Shown: positions 29,818 to 37,579 of the stretch, in pieces | Layout: each line of letters opens with the position of its first letter | Position numbering within the stretch: the first letter of the stretch is position 1 | Assembly: GCA_037446395.1 (NCBI GenBank) | Contig: JBBIIP010000002.1 | Coordinates: forward strand, 53,074 to 117,073 | Origin: Lentimicrobiaceae bacterium | GTDB lineage: Bacteria; Bacteroidota; Bacteroidia; Bacteroidales; JAAYJT01 | DNA length: 64,000 nt | Direction: 5' to 3' | The notes under the pieces: generated by a model | Databases searched by the model: none | Told to the model about the DNA's origin: nothing | Seen by the model: the letters and a program-made list of their open reading frames with translations, nothing else | Made by a program: the position numbers and the translations under genes

Positions 29818-32063
29818 GACTCTACCTCCTTCGCATCTATCATAACCGTATTACTTTTCACCTTAAACAGCGAAATTCTACCTTTGCTCACACACATTTC
29901 AAAATCAACTGCCAAACTGAGCTTATTCAGCACAAACTGCCTGGTTTCTGCTTTCATCACGATACTGCTATCAACCAGGTTATCATCATTTTTAAGGTAA
30001 TACAGGGTATAATCTGCTGTTATGAAAGAATAAAATGGTGCAATAAAATCGTGCCAGAATAAGGCAAATCCTTTTTTAAAAGCACTTAGCGGATAAATAT
30101 CTTTAACTTCAAGTTTATTGTAATAGCCAAGTACAATTTTATAAGCTGCCAGGTAAAAGAAATAGAGAAAAGAATCTTTGTCGCCTTCAAAATGGTTGAA
30201 ATAAAACAAGTCTCCATCGCAGTGAAAATAAGCTTTTGATAGGGTTTCCCGGCATTCAAGATAGGTGTTATTATACATGTCTGACTTAACATCCAAGTGC
30301 TCTTTTTTCATTGGCTTACCATTTCTGTTCGTTTCAAAGCTCAGCGTTTGGCCCGGAATAAAACCGAATGTCTTCGATAAAGCTTCGTTTTTTACAGTAC
30401 CCGACACAAGTTGCCCTTTGAGTGGCCTGTCGTAGGTTTCTAATTGGTAATGATCTTTTTCTTTGACGAGATAATAGGCAAATGGATAATCAATGGTTTT
30501 TGAGCCAATGAACGGATCGGACTGGATCTGGAAGTGTAGGTGAGGCACAACCGATCTCCCCGAATTGCCGCACTGGGCAATGACCTCTCCCTTTTTAACA
30601 TAAGCGCCTTTGTAGGTTTTAATACTGCCCATCTTCAGATGGCATAGCTTGGTGTAGATTTTGTCGGAGTGTTTGATGACGATGGTATTTCCCCAATTGT
30701 TTCCCAAATTCATGTCGCCAATGGCATTATCCGGAATTCCTTGCAGAATTTCCTGAACCACTCCGTCGGCCGGTGCCAGTACAGGTTTTCCAAAACAGTA
30801 AAAATCCTTTTGTTCGAGGCCCATCCTGTCAAAATTCTTGCCTTCCTCATCGCAAATCTCGAAATCCCAGGCATGGCGCCAATCCTCTTTGTGGGTGTGT
30901 TCACCATTGTGGCCTTGAGAAACCACCCATTCGCCCATAAACGGAGGTGTGAGTTGGGTCGAAGTATTTACATCGAACCGTGATTTGTAGTTATTCTGGG
31001 AGTATAAATTTCGCTCAGGGGAAAATTGCTGAACCACCACGAGTTCAGGGCTATTGAAATGCCTTTCTCTGAACTTTAACACATACAGAAACAGCACCAC
31101 AATGATATTGAATGCAAGCGAATAAATGGGTAGGCCCAGCAGGTTAAATAACAAGCTGGTAGAAATAATAATGAAAGAGATGATGGGGGTGAGAAGAATA
31201 ACCCACAGAAATGAGTATTTTGACGGTACTATAAAAAAACCACCGATTGCAATGGCACTCAAAATATAGTTGAAGCCAATATAGCTGTAATTGAGTTCGG
31301 CCAGGTTGGCGCCGATCAATACATAATAGAAATAGGCAGCAAAAAAACCGAGAATCGAAAGCAGGAATGCAATTCTGGAATATATTAACAAGCCGATGGC
31401 CACAATCGCACCGGCCAGCAGGTGATATTGAAAGAAAATGGCAGCCAGCGATTTGAAATAGGTCGAAATGGAAGGATGCATAGGTAAATCGTTGACCCAG
31501 TAATAAAGCTTCACCATTTTTATCCCGCCATGTTCATAGATTTCGTTAAGTAGAAACAAGCCACGCTCACTCATGGCAAGAGCTGAAAACTCGCGCGATG
31601 CCAGGCTCACTATCCAGATGCCCAGCAAAAAAGCCCAACTCAGAGAGGGCAGTCCATACTTGCCAAAAAAACCATCTAGCCAAATGGTGAGCATAAATGT
31701 CAGAATAGCCGAAAACACCAGCACAAAAAAGAACTCGATGCCAGGCTGATAAAAAATGCCCATACCCAATCCAACCAGCAAACTGTTAAACCCATAAAAC
31801 CCCTGGGTTACCGTGTGTTTCCTAAATCCTATCGCGACTGCTGCCAAATTGGAAACAAATACCGCAATTAAACCACTCAGCCCTGCGATCCAGTCGAAAA
31901 AAGTAACAAGCAATAAGATGAGCGCAAAGGATTTTTGTTTCGAAAAAAACACCTGACTGTAGCTCAGAAGCACTCCTTCGCTGAAAAGGATGATATTTTT
32001 CTCGAGTTTTTGAATCATTGTGCCCGTTTCATGGTTGGAGATTATAAAGCAATCAAAGCTCAA
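29814..32063 (-). CDS. Urea-transporter-like polytopic membrane domain fused to an M23 metallopeptidase domain plus a C-terminal domain of unknown function
   Basis: About 340 aa of densely packed TM helices starting with the UT-like SQVFFSKQ motif. Then an M23 domain (HAWDF, GNSGRSVVPHLHFQIQ), then about 200 aa with no recognisable motif. Alternative start at M16 (32018). Confidence 0.65.
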   Translation of the reverse strand: MSFDCFIISNHETGTMIQKLEKNIILFSEGVLLSYSQVFFSKQKSFALILLLVTFFDWIAGLSGLIAVFVSNLAAVAIGFRKHTVTQGFYGFNSLLVGLGMGIFYQPGIEFFFVLVFSAILTFMLTIWLDGFFGKYGLPSLSWAFLLGIWIVSLASREFSALAMSERGLFLLNEIYEHGGIKMVKLYYWVNDLPMHPSISTYFKSLAAIFFQYHLLAGAIVAIGLLIYSRIAFLLSILGFFAAYFYYVLIGANLAELNYSYIGFNYILSAIAIGGFFIVPSKYSFLWVILLTPIISFIIISTSLLFNLLGLPIYSLAFNIIVVLFLYVLKFRERHFNSPELVVVQQFSPERNLYSQNNYKSRFDVNTSTQLTPPFMGEWVVSQGHNGEHTHKEDWRHAWDFEICDEEGKNFDRMGLEQKDFYCFGKPVLAPADGVVQEILQGIPDNAIGDMNLGNNWGNTIVIKHSDKIYTKLCHLKMGSIKTYKGAYVKKGEVIAQCGNSGRSVVPHLHFQIQSDPFIGSKTIDYPFAYYLVKEKDHYQLETYDRPLKGQLVSGTVKNEALSKTFGFIPGQTLSFETNRNGKPMKKEHLDVKSDMYNNTYLECRETLSKAYFHCDGDLFYFNHFEGDKDSFLYFFYLAAYKIVLGYYNKLEVKDIYPLSAFKKGFALFWHDFIAPFYSFITADYTLYYLKNDDNLVDSSIVMKAETRQFVLNKLSLAVDFEMCVSKGRISLFKVKSNTVMIDAKEVES

Positions 32064-33411
32064 ACTTTTTTAGGTGCACTGGCATTTTTTCCAACGCATT
32101 GAAAACCGCCATTGTTTCATTTTCGCGGATTATATGCACCTGGCTATCTGCATCAATTAGAACCACCTTTGGCCTGAGATTGATAAATTGCATCCACTGC
32201 GACATGTTGTAGGCCCCAACATGATGTATCACAAAATGATCGCCTTTGTTGAGCAGCGGAAGCACGGCGTTTTCGCGAATCACATCAATATTCATACACA
32301 AAGGGCCATACATAGTGGTTTCTTCGGTATATTGAGAGAACTCCTGGGCAGGAGTTATTTTATGATCATACCAGAACGAAGTAAATAACAAATTGATGCC
32401 AATATCAACAATGGTAGTTCTTTTGCCTGTTGACGAACGCTTATTTGAGATCACGGTTCCCAGCAAAAAGCCTGCTTCGTCAATTAAGGCGCGGCCCGAC
32501 TCAAGGATTAAGAGGGGCAGGTTTTCGGGAGGAAATTCAACAGCCAGCAGGGCAGAAGAAATTTCTTCGGCATAATCTTCGAACGATGGGGTTGTATCTG
32601 CACTCGGAAGATATGCACCTTTGAGTGTATTACGCGAGGGAAAACCTCCGCCAAGGTCTATGTATTTGATATTGTGGTTATAACGCCGCTTCAATCCCAA
32701 CGCCAGGTCAGAAAGTTTGGCTGCTGCAATGGCATAGGCCTTGGGGCTTAAAATATAGGTTCCAATATGGCAATGAAGCCCCACCAGGTCCATTTTGGCT
32801 GCTACCATGATTTTGTTGAGTGCATCCCAGGCCTGCCCGTTTTCATAATTAAACCCGAAACGGTCCCAGATGGGATAAATACCCGTATCCATGTTTACCC
32901 TGATGGCAACACGCGGGCGCTTTTCAAGCTTTTCGGCGAGCTCGGTAATGGTATAAAGCTCGTCGAGGTGGTCAATATGAATCAAGGAGTCGTTTGTGAT
33001 TGCCTTCGTTAGATCAGCCGTGGTTTTATCTGGCCCGTTAAAAATTATTTTGTTTCCCGGTACACCATTTTTAATGGCTTTATCGTATTCAAACCCTGAA
33101 ACTACTTCCGCCCAAGAGCCTTCCTGGTGGTAGATATTGCAAACTGCATCGAGATAATTTGTTTTGTATGACCATGCAAACTGAACTTTTGGATAACGCA
33201 TGGTAAATGCTTTTTTTGCTTTTTTGTAGGTGCTGCGAATACTTTTTTCGGAGATTACAAACAGTGGCGACCCATAGTCGGCAACCAGCTGGTTTACCGG
33301 CACCCCATCAATATGGGTTTTTGGGGTGCGATCAATCCGTCCGCCAAATTTGTTTGGCATCTCGGTTTCGAGGCGCTTGATGATAGGGCGTTCATATTTC
33401 AGTTTTTCCAT
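32053..33411 (-). CDS. Fold-type III PLP-dependent decarboxylase (Orn/DAP/Arg decarboxylase family)
   Basis: PLP-lysine context FAWSYKTN, HCHIGT, DLGGGFP, LILESGRALI, GPLCMNIDV and VGAYN match the DAP/ornithine decarboxylase family layout. Substrate unknown. Confidence 0.8.
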   Translation of the reverse strand: MEKLKYERPIIKRLETEMPNKFGGRIDRTPKTHIDGVPVNQLVADYGSPLFVISEKSIRSTYKKAKKAFTMRYPKVQFAWSYKTNYLDAVCNIYHQEGSWAEVVSGFEYDKAIKNGVPGNKIIFNGPDKTTADLTKAITNDSLIHIDHLDELYTITELAEKLEKRPRVAIRVNMDTGIYPIWDRFGFNYENGQAWDALNKIMVAAKMDLVGLHCHIGTYILSPKAYAIAAAKLSDLALGLKRRYNHNIKYIDLGGGFPSRNTLKGAYLPSADTTPSFEDYAEEISSALLAVEFPPENLPLLILESGRALIDEAGFLLGTVISNKRSSTGKRTTIVDIGINLLFTSFWYDHKITPAQEFSQYTEETTMYGPLCMNIDVIRENAVLPLLNKGDHFVIHHVGAYNMSQWMQFINLRPKVVLIDADSQVHIIRENETMAVFNALEKMPVHLKKFEL

Positions 33412-33468
33412 AATACTTGTGTCTGTATTTTCGATTTAAATGTTGATGATTGGATGATTCATAATTTG

Positions 33469-34524
33469 CTAAAGTTCTGCGTTTGTAGAGATTTGTTGAA
33501 ACTCCTCAATGTCAACAATCATATCCCAGGCATAACGTACGAACATTTTTCCAACCTTGTATCCAGTGAACGAAGAAACCGGCTCCCCCAAAGCAAGCTG
33601 CACCAATGCTTCCGGAATATTCTGCCCCACACCAACAGCCAAGTATATCCAGGCGGGCATGCGCGGATTAATCTCCAGAAGATAAAAGTCGTTGTTTTTG
33701 TCTTTCATCAATTCCAGTTCAAAACCCCCGCGCCATTTTGTCTGGCTGATAAAACGGTGGGTTAATTCAAGAATTCGCGGATCGGCAATAGAAATACCGC
33801 CCCAGGCTTTTCCCTTGTCGGTGATGTACTGTTTTCGCATGGGTACTGCCGCAATCGTGTTTCCAAAGCCGTCGCCCAAACCGGTAACGTTGAACTCGGC
33901 TCCATGTATAAACTCCTGCACTATGACCGGAGCCCCCCATTTTGCAGTGATTTTGTTGAAAAAATTTTTTGCCTGATCAACATTATATGCAACATAAGCA
34001 TCGTAGTATTTCCCTTTGACCAGCACAGGATATTGAAAATCCTTAGTTATGCTGTGCAGTGAAACCAGCTCGTGATACACTTTGCCTTTTGGGACCTTGA
34101 TGTTGTATTTTTTTCCAAACTCATCGAGGTTTACTTTGTGTCGTTCCTCGAATTGCTCCATGGTGGGCAAAAACATATGAATGCCGAGCTTCTTAAGTCG
34201 TTGCTCAAGGCGGATGAAAGGATACAATTCTGAATCGAAATTAGGAATAATTACATCCAGTTTTTCACGAGAGTGTATGTATTCCATCCGTTCAATAACA
34301 GCTTCGGTTCCTGCTGAAGGGTAGGGCACCTGGTAAGTTTTATCCACCAGGTTATGCATAAAAATTCCCGGCTCAAGAGATTCGTATGCCAATCCAATGA
34401 TGCGGCAATCAAATGATGTGGCCTCCTTTAGTCCGCGGATTACTGCAACCCCAGGGCCTGGACTGTCAATTGCATTAAGGCCTGAAACTGCAATGGTAAG
34501 TTGTTTTTTTTCAGTCATTTTCAA
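33469..34524 (-). CDS. ATP-grasp domain ligase
   Basis: PVLVKGKYYDA, VIVQEFIHGAEFNV and LLEINPRMPAW are ATP-grasp (carbamoyl-phosphate-synthase-like) motifs. Substrate unknown. Confidence 0.75.
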   Translation of the reverse strand: MKMTEKKQLTIAVSGLNAIDSPGPGVAVIRGLKEATSFDCRIIGLAYESLEPGIFMHNLVDKTYQVPYPSAGTEAVIERMEYIHSREKLDVIIPNFDSELYPFIRLEQRLKKLGIHMFLPTMEQFEERHKVNLDEFGKKYNIKVPKGKVYHELVSLHSITKDFQYPVLVKGKYYDAYVAYNVDQAKNFFNKITAKWGAPVIVQEFIHGAEFNVTGLGDGFGNTIAAVPMRKQYITDKGKAWGGISIADPRILELTHRFISQTKWRGGFELELMKDKNNDFYLLEINPRMPAWIYLAVGVGQNIPEALVQLALGEPVSSFTGYKVGKMFVRYAWDMIVDIEEFQQISTNAEL

Positions 34525-34756
34525 CGAGTGAATAATGTCCGAGCAGCCCTATAAAATCTTCAAAATCCTTTTCGAATGTTGCAAAATCAATACTGTATTT
34601 TTCGGAAACCAACGTGGCAACTTCTTGTTGACCTTTTCCGTCTTTCAGAAAGTTGATAATTTCTGCACCCATGGGATTCACAGTAAAAGACTCACCAGTG
34701 TCCGGATTAAAAATCAAACCGGATGCGCTTACCGCAATGTTTTTTTTTATTTTCAT
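34511..34756 (-). CDS. PqqD-family (RRE-like) small protein
   Basis: 81 aa. The pattern ..SGLIFNPDTGESFTVNPMGAEIINFLKDGKGQQEVATLVSEKY..D..DFIGLL resembles PqqD/RRE domains. The 3' end overlaps the ATP-grasp start by 14 nt. Confidence 0.65.
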   Translation of the reverse strand: MKIKKNIAVSASGLIFNPDTGESFTVNPMGAEIINFLKDGKGQQEVATLVSEKYSIDFATFEKDFEDFIGLLGHYSLVEND

Positions 34757-34788
34757 GACGGGATCTATGTTTGTTTTATAGATTCATA

Positions 34789-35580
34789 CTAATAAATCAA
34801 GAGTTTTTCGGCCTTGGATTGATAATTTCGGGCCCGAAGAAAATAAAGATAAATCCCGGCCGCGTATTCAGAAGCAGGGATCTGTAAGTGGTTTGTGTCA
34901 TGCCCGACTTGAATTGTTTTCAATATTCTTCCTTCCAGATCGGTGATGACCAATTCTGCAGATGGAATTCCATTCGGCAATTCATAGCGTATGGTCGTAA
35001 ACTGCGATGCAGGATTGGGAAATGACCCTCTAAGTCCACCCGGTAGGCCTTCAGGCTCATTGGTTTGTGTGATTAATTGGCCGGGAAGATTGAAAACCTT
35101 GGTTTGAATCGAATAGGGATTGCTCGAATAATCATAGCTATATGCAAACATTTTGGTGCCAACTCCGGCAATGTTATACACATAAACATACTGGCATCCT
35201 GGTATTGACAAAAGCTCAGTACCGTTTTCCTTCACTACTTTGGCCGTGTAGGTATAATATTGGCCGGTGGAATTGTAATTATAATATATATAGATTAGGC
35301 ATAATGTATTGTCGGTTGTGAAAAGGTTTTCCGAAACATATTTGATGTCATACAAATAATTATTCACCGGAACATTCAAACTCAGCGTTTTCCATAGGGC
35401 GTGGTTTGTATTATAGATTCGACATTGGCTCGTGGATATGTCCATTAAAAAATACTTGTAACCTGAATTGGCAAGCCGGGTGTATGTTGCAGAATGACTA
35501 TATGTGGCTTCCAGAGAAATCTGGCTGAAAGCAATCCCAAAAAATAACGACAAAATGATTGTAAAGGCAACTTTTTTCAT
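34789..35580 (-). CDS. T9SS C-terminal-sorting-domain secreted protein, function unknown
   Basis: Signal peptide. The C-terminal ~80 aa (FPNPASQFTTIRYELP...VITDLEGRIL...AGIYLYFL...) is a type A T9SS sorting domain. Confidence 0.75.
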   Translation of the reverse strand: MKKVAFTIILSLFFGIAFSQISLEATYSHSATYTRLANSGYKYFLMDISTSQCRIYNTNHALWKTLSLNVPVNNYLYDIKYVSENLFTTDNTLCLIYIYYNYNSTGQYYTYTAKVVKENGTELLSIPGCQYVYVYNIAGVGTKMFAYSYDYSSNPYSIQTKVFNLPGQLITQTNEPEGLPGGLRGSFPNPASQFTTIRYELPNGIPSAELVITDLEGRILKTIQVGHDTNHLQIPASEYAAGIYLYFLRARNYQSKAEKLLIY

Positions 35581-35633
35581 TGAAAAACATTTATTATTTA
35601 TACAAGGTGCTCTAAATTAATAAAATACAGAAC

Positions 35634-36449
35634 TTATTGTTTGATGATTTTTAGGACCTGTTTCTTGTTTCCTTGCTCTGCAATGAAAAAGTAAATACCT
35701 TTATCAACAATGTGGCCGCTCATGTCTTTGCCATCCCAAGTAAACTCATTTTCATCCGAGCGGGCTTTTGGGTTAAAAATGAAGTGCCTCAGGTTTCGTC
35801 CCAGATTATCGTAAATTTTCACATTGACTGGCAATTTGCTTTCGCTTCTTAGTGCAATATGGGCGTATTCCGAAAATGGATTTGGGAAGCAATCAAATAT
35901 TATTGTGTTTGCTAATTCATCCTGTATTCCAACTGTTGATTTCGGAATCCATTGCAATGACATGTTTGTAAAATTAGTTTGATTTGCAGGTGTAAGGGTT
36001 TGCGCTTGCGGGCCTTTGCTGAAAGGTATATAATGCAGTTTACCGGTAGCATTTGCCGAAGTAAATTCAATATAAATCCGGTAATTGCCATCGGGAACCA
36101 GGTTGCCATTGACATCTTTTCCATCCCAGGAAACCGAGTGCGTGATATGGTTTGGCAAAGTTGGCCCGGTAATGGCATCAATAACATTAAAAGTATTGCC
36201 GGTAGCATTCCGGAAGTTAGTAAGGTATTGCCTATAAACGGGATGTTGGGCCAGAAGTTTTCGTGTTTTAACCCATTGAGCATTTTCGTTGCTTATCCAT
36301 ATAGCGAATATATGCAAAGGCGAATAAGGAGCTGAGTAATTAATCGTAGTGACTGAAAAAGAAAGAGTGCCGGGAGTTTGGCAATACAACACAGGTGCCG
36401 CTAATAAGCAGAGTACCAAAAGCCATGCTTTCAATATTTTATGTTTCAT
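35634..36449 (-). CDS. T9SS C-terminal-sorting-domain secreted protein with FlgD-Ig-like and possibly DUF2271-like modules
   Basis: Signal peptide. SWDGKDVNGNLVPDGNYRIYI is a FlgD-Ig-like motif. The N-terminal PYSPLHIFAIWISNENAQWVKT resembles DUF2271, but that is a weak call from memory. C-terminal CFPNPFSEY...VKIYDNLGR...GIYFF is a T9SS sorting domain. Start moved to ATG 36449 because a -7 box overlaps the ORF-track start. Confidence 0.7.
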   Translation of the reverse strand: MKHKILKAWLLVLCLLAAPVLYCQTPGTLSFSVTTINYSAPYSPLHIFAIWISNENAQWVKTRKLLAQHPVYRQYLTNFRNATGNTFNVIDAITGPTLPNHITHSVSWDGKDVNGNLVPDGNYRIYIEFTSANATGKLHYIPFSKGPQAQTLTPANQTNFTNMSLQWIPKSTVGIQDELANTIIFDCFPNPFSEYAHIALRSESKLPVNVKIYDNLGRNLRHFIFNPKARSDENEFTWDGKDMSGHIVDKGIYFFIAEQGNKKQVLKIIKQ

Positions 36450-36458
36450 AATAATACG

Positions 36459-36466
36459 CAAAAATA
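36459..36466 (-). promoter_or_regulatory. Candidate -7 promoter box (TATTTTTG)
   Basis: The reverse complement of caaaaata is TATTTTTG, about 10 nt upstream of ATG 36449. This implies a near-leaderless transcript. Confidence 0.25.
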
Positions 36467-36535
36467 CAATATTGAGGATTAAAAATGGCGTGAAATTCAG
36501 TTGTTTAAGTGTTTTTTCATCGAAGGATTCATAGG

Positions 36536-37549
36536 TTAGCTTTTTCTAATTGCATCTTGTGGGCAAATATCCTCGCACTTGCTGCACTTTTGGCATCTCT
36601 TCTGGTCAATCACGGCTTTATAACGCTCAACCGCAACCGCTTCCGAAGGGCACAACGCAGCACAAACACCACAATTATTGCAGATATTTTGATTCAAAAC
36701 AGGTTCGGAATACTCCGTAGGCGCAATAAAATATATTGCCTCGTCGGGGCAGGCAGGATAACAATTTCCGCAACGAATACACTTCTTCAGGTCAATATAC
36801 GGTTTGGTATTTGTCGGATTTCCTTCCTTGGTGATTCCATTATCGGTGCACACCTGGAAGCACTTTCCACATTTTATACATTTGGTTTGATCAATGGCAA
36901 CCTTTGCCTTAATGATGGCATTGTATCTGCATTTATTAAAGCACTTTCCGCAACGTGTGCATTTGGACGTATCTATAACAGCCTTATTATTAACTTTTCT
37001 GATTGCAGCCGAAGGGCAAACCGAAGAACACTCAGATACACAACCCTGGCAACGCGAATTAATAACCGAATAATATTGAACCGTATACTTTATGGCGTTC
37101 CCCTGCAAGGCACAGGCCTCAATGCACTTACCACATCCAACGCAATTGCCCGATATACTATACTTAAGAGCGCTGGTAGGCAATACAATGGCGTTTGATT
37201 TGCACACCGGAAGGCATTTGCCACACAAGGTGCACTTTTCTGGGGTGATGAAAAAATCAATAGAAGTGATTTCGATGGCTTTTACCTTGCAAGCATTTTC
37301 GCAAATGCAACAACTGATGCATTTCTCTGGCAAAATTGAATACTTGCTCCGCTGGGGCAACACCACAGCGGAATAATAGCATACATCAAAACAAGCACCG
37401 CATCCGATGCATTTTTCATCAATCACTTCATAAGCGGCATAAAGCCCTTCATCGGTGCACGACTTTATTGCGGGTGCAACCATCAAAAGCGCGCCACCTT
37501 TGAGAAGCTTTCCAATAAATTCCCTGCGTTGATATTTGTTTGGTTCCAT
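36536..37549 (-). CDS. Tat-signal polyferredoxin with ten [4Fe-4S]-type cysteine motifs
   Basis: Twin-arginine leader QRREFIGKLLKGGALLMVAP. Ten motifs spaced about 30 aa apart: CIGCGACFDVC, CISCCICENAC, CTLCGKCLPVC, CVGCGKCIEAC, CQGCVSECSSVC, CTRCGKCFNKC, CIKCGKCFQVC, CIRCGNCYPAC, CNNCGVCAALC and CQKCSKCEDIC. Confidence 0.85.
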   Translation of the reverse strand: MEPNKYQRREFIGKLLKGGALLMVAPAIKSCTDEGLYAAYEVIDEKCIGCGACFDVCYYSAVVLPQRSKYSILPEKCISCCICENACKVKAIEITSIDFFITPEKCTLCGKCLPVCKSNAIVLPTSALKYSISGNCVGCGKCIEACALQGNAIKYTVQYYSVINSRCQGCVSECSSVCPSAAIRKVNNKAVIDTSKCTRCGKCFNKCRYNAIIKAKVAIDQTKCIKCGKCFQVCTDNGITKEGNPTNTKPYIDLKKCIRCGNCYPACPDEAIYFIAPTEYSEPVLNQNICNNCGVCAALCPSEAVAVERYKAVIDQKRCQKCSKCEDICPQDAIRKS

Positions 37550-37579
37550 GTTTCAGTTCAATCTTGTTTTAATGGCAGT

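Noticed and set aside
34535-34792. 85-aa plus-strand ORF considered as a possible RiPP precursor near the PqqD-like gene
   Set aside because: It is entirely antisense to the PqqD-like ORF and on the opposite strand to the operon. It has no leader/core-like features.
36509-37198. 229-aa ORF on the plus strand, antisense to the polyferredoxin gene
   Set aside because: This is a shadow ORF. It stays open because the sense strand is rich in TGC/TGT and GCA-type codons. Its translation is low-complexity (R/N/I/L-rich) and it fully overlaps a gene with ten clean Fe-S motifs.
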